From Candidatus Micrarchaeia archaeon (GTDB taxonomy: Archaea; Micrarchaeota; Micrarchaeia; Anstonellales; Bilamarchaeaceae): a stretch of 64,000 bases of DNA. The translations under genes and the position numbers were made by a program. Each line of letters opens with the position of its first letter. The stretch's first letter is position 1. The notes beneath the pieces were generated by a model. That model did not search any database, had not been told where the DNA came from, and saw nothing but the letters and a program-made list of their open reading frames with translations. The stretch is from the NCBI GenBank assembly GCA_041649555.1, contig JBAZMS010000001.1, positions 11,122 to 75,121 of the forward strand, written 5' to 3'. Shown here in pieces: positions 38,900 through 48,342 of this stretch.

Positions 38900-40465
38900 A
38901 TGAATTATAAAAAACCACACTGGCCAGATCTTGCAAGGCCAAAATTTGAAAGATTTAGAGAAATGAAGGGCTGCAAACCATTAGTTGATAGTTTAAGTTC
39001 CATCTGCCAGTCCTTCAAAGGAATTGAAGCTGAAACATTACCTTTTAATCAAAAAAACTATTTGGCCCTAGTTAATAGTAAAGGTGATATGGATGTTTTA
39101 GGGCTCGTCAGTCTAATTTTAGAAATAAAAAAAACCGGAATAGAGAATTTCGGCTTTGTTAAAACCAATTCAATGCCAAGCGATCTAGTTACTGCGCTAG
39201 CATGTGCAGTCGGCCAATATCAAATTAAAGAGTCCATTGATAAAAACACTCTGGAAAGAATAAATAATTTAAAAACCCAAATCGAACATATAACGAAAAA
39301 AATGTTTAGATACTGCAACACGCTGTTAAATGAGGTATATAATTCTTCCAAAAGAGATCCAACCCTAGACCCAAGAACCAAAAAAGCAAAAACTGAAGAG
39401 ATGCAAGAGGCGATTCATTTAATACTGGCCCATAGATTTATTGTATATTTGAGCACGATATTAGAAATACCTGAAATCGAAAACCTTGCAAAAATAATCA
39501 AATATCCTGACTTTGAGGATGTTTATGCCTTAGAAAAAATAGATAGAAAAATAGCTGCCCTTAGAAATAAAAATCCGATCAAAAGAATGGAACTTTTAAG
39601 ATTAAAATATGGGCTTATATGCCCTGATGCACTCAAAGAAATTAGAAAACAATCAGAAATTCCAGAAAAAGCAAGAGTAATTGCTGATAATCCTGCTTGG
39701 ATAAATACAATGCAAACTGAGATACTTCCTCAAACACCTGCCCCAGAGCAAAAGGGCGATAATTACTTTAGGGCTCTTTATCCAAGATTAACTGCTCTTG
39801 TGCTAGGCCCGGATAAATCTAGTAAGGTTAATAATCGTCTTCTTAGAAAGTTAGTAAAAACTCTTGAAAGTGTGGGCATTCCTAAGGAATTTTATACTGA
39901 AAAAATAGGTGACGGATGCAGGGATGCTGCTCAAATAATTGAAGCATATACTCAGAGTTCCCAAAGTTGTGATGCTGTATCTGCAAAACCAGAAAAATCC
40001 TATTTCCCACCTGCCGCCCAAAAAAAATCCTGCAATGTGAATCCAAGAATGCAAGAAGATAGCGCCCAGAAAATATTAGAAAGATTAATTTTTGAAAGAT
40101 TTAAATCTGATTTAAATAAATTACCCCCAGATAAAAAGACTCTTTTAGAACAAACTCAGGAAGAAATAATCAGTTTTATAAAAAAATATATCTCTTATTT
40201 GAACATGCCCGAAGGAGAAAGAGGAGTATTTGCAGTAAATGATTCTGCTAATAATACCTCATTTAAGGAAAAAAGAAATATTGAAGGAAAAGACCCGCAG
40301 GGTTGGAGACTTTTTGTAAAATCCTATGGTTCTTCAAGAATAGTTTTAAGTATAAAAATTGATGAAAATAAAATTGCCCTTTATCTGGTTGAAACAAACC
40401 ATTCCAAATATTCTACTAACCTTGCAATGCTAACTTACCTTAAAAATGGGGCTGTCAGAATCTAA
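38900..40465 (+). CDS. Large hypothetical protein with possible C-terminal RelE/ParE-like domain
   Basis: C-terminal FKSDLNKLP...WRLFV...RIVLSI...H..Y. Confidence 0.55.
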   Translation: MNYKKPHWPDLARPKFERFREMKGCKPLVDSLSSICQSFKGIEAETLPFNQKNYLALVNSKGDMDVLGLVSLILEIKKTGIENFGFVKTNSMPSDLVTALACAVGQYQIKESIDKNTLERINNLKTQIEHITKKMFRYCNTLLNEVYNSSKRDPTLDPRTKKAKTEEMQEAIHLILAHRFIVYLSTILEIPEIENLAKIIKYPDFEDVYALEKIDRKIAALRNKNPIKRMELLRLKYGLICPDALKEIRKQSEIPEKARVIADNPAWINTMQTEILPQTPAPEQKGDNYFRALYPRLTALVLGPDKSSKVNNRLLRKLVKTLESVGIPKEFYTEKIGDGCRDAAQIIEAYTQSSQSCDAVSAKPEKSYFPPAAQKKSCNVNPRMQEDSAQKILERLIFERFKSDLNKLPPDKKTLLEQTQEEIISFIKKYISYLNMPEGERGVFAVNDSANNTSFKEKRNIEGKDPQGWRLFVKSYGSSRIVLSIKIDENKIALYLVETNHSKYSTNLAMLTYLKNGAVRI

Positions 40466-41520
40466 AATATATTTTTTATAAAATGAGAAATTAGGCCAGC
40501 ATTCATTAATTTTGAAGGCCTGTCCATATCCCCATTTTCAGATATATACAAATCAAAATCATATTTTTTTATAAAATTTCCAATCTGGCTTAGCCTTTGG
40601 TCAGATTGTTTCTCAAGAAAGGATTGGGCAAATGAATGCAGTTTTAGTTCAAATTCAAATTTTTTTCTCCAGACTTTCTCGTATTCCAAAGGATTTTGAT
40701 TGTATATTCCTGCAATTTTTGCGCAGTTTCCCCCAAAAATGACCCCTCCTCCGGTGGTTGATTTTACCTGCCCTGCTGCATCCCCAACTAAAATTATTTT
40801 TTTTTCTCCAAGTTGCATTGCTGTTTTTTTTCTAGGTTTAATCGGTATTATAGAATAGAGTATTTTTTCAGGACAAATCCCTATTTTTTTTGAGAACCTA
40901 TCAAATGATTCTTTGATATTGTTTGGAAGAATTGCTCCGCATCCAATTTCGCATTCCTCTTCATTTTGGGGGATAACCCACCCAAAAAATCCATTGAAAA
41001 TTTTATTTGCGTAATAAAGATAAACCTTTTTTGTATCAGGGCAGGAATATCTTATTCTTGTTTTTGCAGTTGCTACAAATTTTTCGATTTTTGGAAATTT
41101 GAAATAAGTCGCCACTTGTGAATTTGGCCCATCTGCTCCGATTATAGTTTCAAATCCGGAAAAATCCGTAATCCTTTTATTTAATTTTATGTTGACGCCT
41201 TCTCCTTTGGCATTGGAATAAAGCGCTCCATCAAGTTTTTCACGCGGGATTAAATATGCAACATCCTCTTTTTTTTCAATTATTATTTTTTCTCCTGCAA
41301 AATCAATAATTGCTCCGTTAAAGCTGTTTTTTATCAACTTTTTATAATCTATAAATTCTGTTAATGTTTCAAGCCCTGTTTTTGAAAAAAGTCCTGAGCA
41401 ATTTTCTCGTTTCCCGCAAAAATTATGTTCTTCATATATGCATGGATTAAGATTATTTCTTTGGGCAGAAATAGAACTTATAAGTCCTGCAGGCCCAGCA
41501 CCAATTATACTCACATCCAT
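40462..41520 (-). CDS. Geranylgeranyl reductase-family flavoprotein
   Basis: GAGPAG, GADG, FFGWVIP, VGDAAGQV..TGGG. Confidence 0.85.
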   Translation of the reverse strand: MDVSIIGAGPAGLISSISAQRNNLNPCIYEEHNFCGKRENCSGLFSKTGLETLTEFIDYKKLIKNSFNGAIIDFAGEKIIIEKKEDVAYLIPREKLDGALYSNAKGEGVNIKLNKRITDFSGFETIIGADGPNSQVATYFKFPKIEKFVATAKTRIRYSCPDTKKVYLYYANKIFNGFFGWVIPQNEEECEIGCGAILPNNIKESFDRFSKKIGICPEKILYSIIPIKPRKKTAMQLGEKKIILVGDAAGQVKSTTGGGVIFGGNCAKIAGIYNQNPLEYEKVWRKKFEFELKLHSFAQSFLEKQSDQRLSQIGNFIKKYDFDLYISENGDMDRPSKLMNAGLISHFIKNIF

Positions 41521-41573
41521 AATAAAATATTTTTAAATATCAATAAAAATGCATCTGATGAAATAAATCTTCT

Positions 41574-42089
41574 TCAAATTATCTCTATTTTTTTTGAAGC
41601 TGATATATCCATTGCCTGCGGAATATCCAGTTTTGCATCAATTCTCCAAAATCTTTTGGTCTCATCATAATCAAAATTCTTTTTAGTGGACTTTGCACCC
41701 CAGGGAATTTCAAATTCGATATTAAATTTTTCACTTGAAAATTTTCCATTCGCAATTATTTTTTTTATTTCCGAGTAAATTGTCTCTGTTTTTTCAGAAA
41801 TTATTGTTCTAAGATGAGTTGACCTTGGGATGCCTATTTCTTTATCCAGCCTGTAATCATACTGGTCCATTTCCCGCATTGACTTTATTCTTTTTGTTTG
41901 TATGCAGTTTAAGTTTATCTCTAATGCTCGTGCATTTATCTGCGCGCCGAGTTTGAGTTCAATTTCTGCATGTATTATTTCCCCCGCGAAATATTTTTCC
42001 TTGTCAGTACTTATCTTAATGTTGCTTTGCAGTATGTTTATATATTTCATTATTTTTGATACACCGGCATCAATTATTCTTTTTGGCAT
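41574..42089 (-). CDS. Arrestin-N/SpoOM-like protein (start uncertain)
   Basis: DKEKYFAGE, beta-rich, FEIP, W.IDAKLDIP. Confidence 0.55.
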   Translation of the reverse strand: MPKRIIDAGVSKIMKYINILQSNIKISTDKEKYFAGEIIHAEIELKLGAQINARALEINLNCIQTKRIKSMREMDQYDYRLDKEIGIPRSTHLRTIISEKTETIYSEIKKIIANGKFSSEKFNIEFEIPWGAKSTKKNFDYDETKRFWRIDAKLDIPQAMDISASKKIEII

Positions 42090-42180
42090 AAACTTATTTT
42101 TGCAGTTATCTTTTTTATATCTATTTTTCTCCACTCTTCAAAAAGAATAGTTATTTAATTTTTGTAATCTATAAGAACCC

Positions 42181-42669
42181 ATGACAAATTCATGCGAAGT
42201 TTGCGGAAACAGGGAGGCAAAATTCATAATTTTAATTCAGGGCGCAAAACTTACCGCCTGTCCGGTATGCGCAAGAGAAGGAAAAATACTTTTTGCACTA
42301 ACTGATTTTCAGGAAAGCCAGGAATTGGTTTCTTTTGCAAGGCCCCCGCGGGATTTAAGAGAAGAAGAGGCTCCGGTTGAAAACTTTGGAAAAATAATGA
42401 GAGAGGCAAGAAACAAGAAAGGAATTAAAATAGATGAGCTTGCCATGCAGATAAATGAAAAGGCAAGCTATCTTGAGCATATCGAACGGGAAAGCACTAC
42501 CCCTCCTCTTAAAGTTTTGAAAAAAATCGAAAAATCCCTTGAAATCAAACTCGTTGAAAAATCCTCTCCGTCTTTGGTTGATGATACGAGCCATCTCAAA
42601 CAATCCCAAAAAAAGGATTTTACACTTGCAGATGCACTTGAATTTGAGAAAAATAAAAAGAAAAAATAG
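42181..42669 (+). CDS. Archaeal multiprotein bridging factor 1 (aMBF1)
   Basis: N-terminal CEVCG..CPVC, Cro-type HTH, C-terminal TLAD. Confidence 0.88.
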   Translation: MTNSCEVCGNREAKFIILIQGAKLTACPVCAREGKILFALTDFQESQELVSFARPPRDLREEEAPVENFGKIMREARNKKGIKIDELAMQINEKASYLEHIERESTTPPLKVLKKIEKSLEIKLVEKSSPSLVDDTSHLKQSQKKDFTLADALEFEKNKKKK

Positions 42670-42678
42670 GTTTTGAAA

Positions 42679-43716
42679 ATGGGCGTGGATATCGGAGATT
42701 TAGCAATAAAAAATCCAGTTGATTTTTCCTCCCTTTATGGAAAAAACATCTCAATAGATGCATTCAATTCAATCTATCAATTTTTAGCATCAATAAGACA
42801 GCCCGATGGAACACCCCTTCAGGATTTTTCCGGAAATATTACCTCACATCTTTCTGGCTTGTTTTACAGAACCTCAAAATTTTTGGAATCCGGCATAAAA
42901 CCTATTTATGTTTTTGACGGAAAACCCCCTGAATTCAAAAAAGATACAATCAAGGAAAGGATAAAAAACAAAAAAGAGGCAGAAGAAAAATGGAAAAAAG
43001 CCCTTGAAGATGAAAGATATGAGGATGCAAAAAAATATGCACAGGCAACATCAAGATTAACCTCAGAAATGGTTGAAGAGTGCAAAACACTTTTAGACGG
43101 AATGGGAGTGCCATATATACAGGCAAAAAGTGAAGGAGAGGCGCAATCTGCAATAATGGCAAAAAAAGGAATGGTTTATGCCTCTGCATCCCAGGATTAT
43201 GATTCCCTTCTTTTTGGTGCGCCGCTTCTTTTAAGAAACCTTTCATTAACCGGAAGAAGAAAAGTTCCGGGCAAAGATAAATATATTTTAGTTGAACCAG
43301 AGCAGATAAGCCTTTCAGAAGTATTGGAAAAAAATAAAATAACTCTTGAAAAATTAATCTGGATAGGGGTTTTATGCGGAACTGATTTTAACAAGGGGGT
43401 TAGGAGGGTTGGCCCGAAAACAGCCCTAAAGCTTGTTCTCGAGTTTGATGATTTTTCCAGGCTTAAAAAACACGCAGAGGAAAAATATTCCCATTCTTTT
43501 GAAACCGACCCGGAAAAAGTAATTGATTTTTTTAAAAATCCACCCTATCTTGAAGTAAATAAAATAAACTTTGGAAAAATAAATGAGAATTCAATAAAAC
43601 ACCTTTTATGTGAAAAACACGATTTTTCAGAAGACAGGGTAGAAAGGACAATTTCTAATCTTTTGAAAATTTCAGATGAAATTTCAGGCCAGAGCAAACT
43701 TGATTCCTGGTTTTAG
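42679..43716 (+). CDS. fen1: Flap endonuclease 1
   Basis: MGV, YQFLASIRQPDG, EGEAQ, SQDYD, GTDFN; PIP QSKLDSWF. Confidence 0.96.
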   Translation: MGVDIGDLAIKNPVDFSSLYGKNISIDAFNSIYQFLASIRQPDGTPLQDFSGNITSHLSGLFYRTSKFLESGIKPIYVFDGKPPEFKKDTIKERIKNKKEAEEKWKKALEDERYEDAKKYAQATSRLTSEMVEECKTLLDGMGVPYIQAKSEGEAQSAIMAKKGMVYASASQDYDSLLFGAPLLLRNLSLTGRRKVPGKDKYILVEPEQISLSEVLEKNKITLEKLIWIGVLCGTDFNKGVRRVGPKTALKLVLEFDDFSRLKKHAEEKYSHSFETDPEKVIDFFKNPPYLEVNKINFGKINENSIKHLLCEKHDFSEDRVERTISNLLKISDEISGQSKLDSWF

Positions 43717-43760
43717 GAAGCACCCAACTATTTATAATGTTTTTTTATAATCTATAATTA

Positions 43761-44672
43761 ATGCCAGAGCTATCTGTTAATCTTGGAAAATTAAAATTGG
43801 AAAATCCAACGATCCTTGCATCAGGAATACTTGGAACAACAAAACCACTTCTTTTAAAAATTGCAAATTCGGGAGCTGGCGCAGTAACCTCAAAATCAAT
43901 TTCAATAGAGGAGAGAAAAGGGCACAATTCTCCGATAATTGCAGAATTTTCTTCAGGCCTTTTAAATGCAGTCGGATATAAAAATCCAGGAATTGATAAG
44001 GCTATTGAGGAGTTTTCAGGCTGGAGTTCAAAAATACCCTTAATTATAAGCATTGTTGGAAAAGATGCAGAGGAATTTAAAATTCTTGCAAAAAAAATAA
44101 ACCAAATAAATTGCACTGCTCTGGAAATTGTGCTTTCCTGTCCGCATACTCCGGGGTTTGGAACACTTGCAGGGCAAAATAAACCAGATATAACTTATGA
44201 AATAACAAAAAAAGTAAGAGAGAACACTTCCCTTCCATTAATTGTAAAGCTATCCCCCAATTCTCCAGAACTTTCAAAAACAGCAAAAAAAGCAGAGCAG
44301 GCAGGCGCAGACATAATAAATATGGGAAATTCTGCAGGCCCGGGAATGATAATTGATATTGAAAGAAAAAAACCGGTGCTTCATTTTGGTTTTGGTGGAA
44401 TCTCTGGCCCTGCAATAAAGCCGCTTTCAATAAGATGTGTGTATGATATCTATAAATCAGTGGAAATTCCAATAATTGGAACAGGTGGAATAACAAACGG
44501 AAAAGATGCGATAGAAATTTTAATGGCAGGAGCATCCGCAGTTGGAATCGGAACAGCAGTTTATTATAGGGGAATTGATGTTTTTTCAAAAATAAATAGT
44601 GAAATTTCAGATTGGATGAAAAAACACAATTATAAATCAATTGACGAACTGGTTGGTGCTGTGCATGTTTGA
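43761..44672 (+). CDS. pyrD: Dihydroorotate dehydrogenase 1B catalytic subunit
   Basis: LASG, LSCPH, VKLSP, GGISG, GTGGI. Confidence 0.92.
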   Translation: MPELSVNLGKLKLENPTILASGILGTTKPLLLKIANSGAGAVTSKSISIEERKGHNSPIIAEFSSGLLNAVGYKNPGIDKAIEEFSGWSSKIPLIISIVGKDAEEFKILAKKINQINCTALEIVLSCPHTPGFGTLAGQNKPDITYEITKKVRENTSLPLIVKLSPNSPELSKTAKKAEQAGADIINMGNSAGPGMIIDIERKKPVLHFGFGGISGPAIKPLSIRCVYDIYKSVEIPIIGTGGITNGKDAIEILMAGASAVGIGTAVYYRGIDVFSKINSEISDWMKKHNYKSIDELVGAVHV

Positions 44673-45405
44673 TATGCAGACTTTCAGGATAAAAAAAATC
44701 ATAAAGGAAAATTACCGGATCAATTCAATTATTCTGGATGGAAAATTAGATGCAGGGCCCGGGCAATTTCTAATGATATGGATTCCAGATATTGATGAAA
44801 AGCCGTTTGGAATTGCAGATTCAGATCCTCTTACCCTCTCTATTGCAAATGTCGGGCCTTTTAGTTCAAAACTGCATTCCTTAAAAGAAGGTGAATTTCT
44901 TTCCTTTAGGGGCCCTGTTGGAACCTCATTTAATCTGAAAAATGAGAAAAGAATAATTCTTGTTGCAGGAGGCTATGGTGTTGTTCCCCTTTATTTTCTT
45001 GCAAAAATCGCAATAGAAAAAAAAATTAAATGCACTATTATACTTGGCGCAAAAACAAAAAAAGACCTTGTCTATCAGGATAATTTTGAAAAGCTCGGCT
45101 GCACAGTTATTACATGCACCGATGACGGCTCCTGCGGAGAAAAAGGCATTGTCACATTTCCTCTTGAGAATCTATTGAAAAAAGAAAAATTTGATAAATT
45201 ATTTTCCTGTGGTCCTAATATAATGATGAAATCAGTTGGAAAAATAGCAGATAAATATAAATTGGACTATGAATTCAGCCTCGAAGCATATATGAAATGC
45301 GGGATGGGAATCTGCGGCTCTTGTGCGATTGGTGATAAATTAGTCTGCAAGGACGGGCCAGTGTTTAATAAAAAAGAATTAGAAAAATTAGGATTTTTTA
45401 GATAA
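44665..45405 (+). CDS. pyrK: Dihydroorotate dehydrogenase electron transfer subunit
   Basis: PGQF, RGP.G, AGGYG, CGP, MKCGMGICGSC..CKDGPVF. Confidence 0.93.
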   Translation: MFDMQTFRIKKIIKENYRINSIILDGKLDAGPGQFLMIWIPDIDEKPFGIADSDPLTLSIANVGPFSSKLHSLKEGEFLSFRGPVGTSFNLKNEKRIILVAGGYGVVPLYFLAKIAIEKKIKCTIILGAKTKKDLVYQDNFEKLGCTVITCTDDGSCGEKGIVTFPLENLLKKEKFDKLFSCGPNIMMKSVGKIADKYKLDYEFSLEAYMKCGMGICGSCAIGDKLVCKDGPVFNKKELEKLGFFR

Positions 45406-45488
45406 TTATACTTATCTTCCATCAGGTGAAATATCTTCAATTTCATCTCCCCAAAACTGGGCGGGCTTGAAATAGAAACCGAATAATC

Positions 45489-46733
45489 CTATTTTTTCTT
45501 AGTTATCTCGTCATTTTTCCAGACAAGATAATATTTAATTATTTTTAAATCTTTTTTTTCAATATCTATCCTAGAATTTTCCTTTACGATAAGATATCTT
45601 TTAGTAATTCCTATTTTTTTTGCAGATTGGGAATAAAGATTTTTCACATCCCGCCTATCAACTATATTCCTATATTTCACCTCGATTCCCTTTACATTTC
45701 CATTTTTAATTATAAAATCAATTTCCTCGTTTCGTTCATTATAAAAAAATTCAGCATCTATCTGAAATGCGACATCTGTTTCTATTATTTTATCCATCTT
45801 CGCTTCAAGTTCAATATATCCTGCAAGCGTTGTGCAGAATGGATAAAATTTTTTAGCTTTTGTTTCTGTTTTTCTTGCATTATTTGAATAATTATATACT
45901 CTTCTAACCAAAGAACTTTTTATAAGAAATTCCAGATATTCTGATATTGTTTTTCTATCAGACCCAAAATCCTTGGCAAGATCAGTATAACCCATTATTT
46001 GGCCCGGGTCTCGTAATATAATTTTTATTAAGGAATGCAAAAGCTCCTTATTGGGGTTTTCAAGATAAAGAATGCTGTCTTCAAATATTACTTTTTTTAT
46101 TATTCCTGAAACATACTCTCTCGGGTTAATGTTTTTATCCAAAATCAAATCAGGATATTGCCTAAACAAATAAAAATTATAATCCTCCAAAATCCCGTCT
46201 TCCAGGCCTGTCTTCAAAACACTCCCTCGCTCTGAAAAATCCAAATATTCCTCAAAGGAGAGGGGTTTTATAAAAAACTCAATCATTCTTCCTGCGAGAT
46301 TTTCTTTTTTACTTCCTCTAAGTGTTGAACCACTTATCACTATTTTTGAATTCGGATAATTATCATATATTACTTTACAGTACTTCTGCCATTCTTTTAT
46401 TTTTTGTATTTCATCAAAGAAAAAATATATCTTTCCCTCTCTTAATGATTTACCGCGTATCCTTTCATATTCTTTTATAATGCCCAATGGATCTTCATAA
46501 TACTCATCAAAAGAGTGATACAAAATATCTACTGGCAGTTCCCCATTTTTTATAAGATAATCTATCAATTGTCTCATCAAAACTGATTTCCCAACTCTTC
46601 GTGGACCTTCAATGGATATTATTAATTTATTTTTAATCTCTTTTTTTAGTTTTTCAATTATTTTTCTTTTCTTTGGGTATTCATAACTTCTTCCTTCCCA
46701 CTGAATATTTTCAATTTTTAAAAATTCTTTCAT
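45489..46733 (-). CDS. AAA+ ATPase, COG1373 type (AAA_14, wHTH/DUF4143, PD-(D/E)xK tail)
   Basis: GPRRVGKS, FFDEIQ, LAGR, EIDF..IEVK. Confidence 0.88.
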   Translation of the reverse strand: MKEFLKIENIQWEGRSYEYPKKRKIIEKLKKEIKNKLIISIEGPRRVGKSVLMRQLIDYLIKNGELPVDILYHSFDEYYEDPLGIIKEYERIRGKSLREGKIYFFFDEIQKIKEWQKYCKVIYDNYPNSKIVISGSTLRGSKKENLAGRMIEFFIKPLSFEEYLDFSERGSVLKTGLEDGILEDYNFYLFRQYPDLILDKNINPREYVSGIIKKVIFEDSILYLENPNKELLHSLIKIILRDPGQIMGYTDLAKDFGSDRKTISEYLEFLIKSSLVRRVYNYSNNARKTETKAKKFYPFCTTLAGYIELEAKMDKIIETDVAFQIDAEFFYNERNEEIDFIIKNGNVKGIEVKYRNIVDRRDVKNLYSQSAKKIGITKRYLIVKENSRIDIEKKDLKIIKYYLVWKNDEITKKK

Positions 46734-46770
46734 AATCAGCTTATTTATAGAAATCTTTTTAAATAGTTAG

Positions 46771-46824
46771 CCAACTTTGTTACAAACTTGGAGTAAGATT
46801 AATACCAACTTTGTAGCAAATTTG
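46771..46824. repeat. Two palindromic direct repeats upstream of the AAA+ gene
   Basis: CCAACTTTGTTACAAACTTGG (46771-46791) and CCAACTTTGTAGCAAATTTG (46805-46824). Confidence 0.8.
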
Positions 46825-46840
46825 AAAAAAAGAAAAAAAA

Positions 46841-48226
46841 TCAAACATTAAAATACATATCAATCTCTGAAGGCGAAACAGTATTTTCAAGTTTTGATAT
46901 CTCCTCAAGCTTTAGTTCCATATATTCTGAAATCATTTCCGAAGGAACAACTCCTTTTAGGAATTTTTCGTCACTTTGGAGCGCTTCAAGCGATTCAAGA
47001 AGGGTTGAAGGAAGAGGCCTTATCTTGTTTTCCCGTTTTTCCTTTTCTGTCATCAGGCTTATTCTTTTTTGGGCAGGATCTCCGCACTCTGTTTTATTTT
47101 TTATTCCGTCAAGTCCTGCAGCAATTACCACAGGATATGCAAGATAAGGATTCATTGCACAGTCTCCGCCGACAAACTGGACTTTCTTTTCGATATCATT
47201 ATTTTGAATCGTATTTGTTATTCTGACAATTGATTCAACAGCATGCCTGCTCCACCCTGCATAATATTTTTCTGTTTTTAGTCTTTTATATGAATTTGAG
47301 GTCGGATTTGTAAATGCGCATATCGCAGAAGCATGTTCAAGTATTCCGCCTATATAATATCTTGCGTTTTGGCTTATCTGTGCATATTTGTCTGTTGCAT
47401 CATAAAAAATATTTCTGTCTTTTTTCCAAAGGCTCTGGCCGATTATCTGCCCGTTTCCATTAGAATCAGACAAGGGAAGAGGCATAAAAGTTGCAAGAGA
47501 ATTTGCGACAATCGATGCATTTCTTGCAATATATTTTAATGTGGCTATTGCATCAGCAGAATCTGAAAGAGAAAGAGTTCCTGTTCCTATCTTTTGCTGT
47601 CCGGCCCTTCCTTTTGAATGGCAATGATATTCGACTGGATATGAAAAACTTTCCATCATTGTTTCTGCAATCTGTGCTCTTAATGTGGAATAGGTATCAT
47701 AGGGCTGGTTTAGATAAACCCCCTTTTTATTTCCTGAAAAAGGAGTCGGGTTCCAGTATCCTTCCCGTGAATCTATACTATAACTTGATGACTGAGGCAG
47801 CACCCCCTTATCTATTGTTACTCCGTCAAACATATAAAATTCAATTTCAGTTGAAATTCTTGCAGCAGTAATTCCTGCAGCCTTTAGATTAATGTTCATA
47901 TGCTCTGCTACATATCTTGGATCCTTAAGGTATTTTTCCATGCTTAATGCAACTGAAACATCTGAAATCATTCTTGCAGAATTTGTTTCCCATGGTATTC
48001 TTGCAAATGTTTTTGAATCCGGAACAAGGACTATCTCCTTTTCATCATATCCAAAAACTTCCCCCAAACTTGGGCCTTCAACTCCCTTGCTAAATGATTG
48101 GTCTGTTATCCCTACCCCTGAAACACTAAACCTGTATAATTTTCCAAGAATGTCTGTAAACTGCAGATCAATCCATTTTATATTATTTGAATTTATAAAT
48201 TTTATTACATTTTCCTGACTTGGCAT
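46841..48226 (-). CDS. Glutamine synthetase type I homologue, probably catalytically inactive
   Basis: DLQFTDILG, DPR, TFMP, YYIGGILEHA, NSYKRL and NPYLA retained; most metal and substrate ligands replaced. Confidence 0.85.
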   Translation of the reverse strand: MPSQENVIKFINSNNIKWIDLQFTDILGKLYRFSVSGVGITDQSFSKGVEGPSLGEVFGYDEKEIVLVPDSKTFARIPWETNSARMISDVSVALSMEKYLKDPRYVAEHMNINLKAAGITAARISTEIEFYMFDGVTIDKGVLPQSSSYSIDSREGYWNPTPFSGNKKGVYLNQPYDTYSTLRAQIAETMMESFSYPVEYHCHSKGRAGQQKIGTGTLSLSDSADAIATLKYIARNASIVANSLATFMPLPLSDSNGNGQIIGQSLWKKDRNIFYDATDKYAQISQNARYYIGGILEHASAICAFTNPTSNSYKRLKTEKYYAGWSRHAVESIVRITNTIQNNDIEKKVQFVGGDCAMNPYLAYPVVIAAGLDGIKNKTECGDPAQKRISLMTEKEKRENKIRPLPSTLLESLEALQSDEKFLKGVVPSEMISEYMELKLEEISKLENTVSPSEIDMYFNV

Positions 48227-48342
48227 TAAAACACCCAATTGATATACAATAATTAGTAATATATATTTTTGGTTTATTTTCTAATACAAATAAATCCATT
48301 AAAGATAACTTTAAAAACTATTCTTTTAACTAATATTTATAT

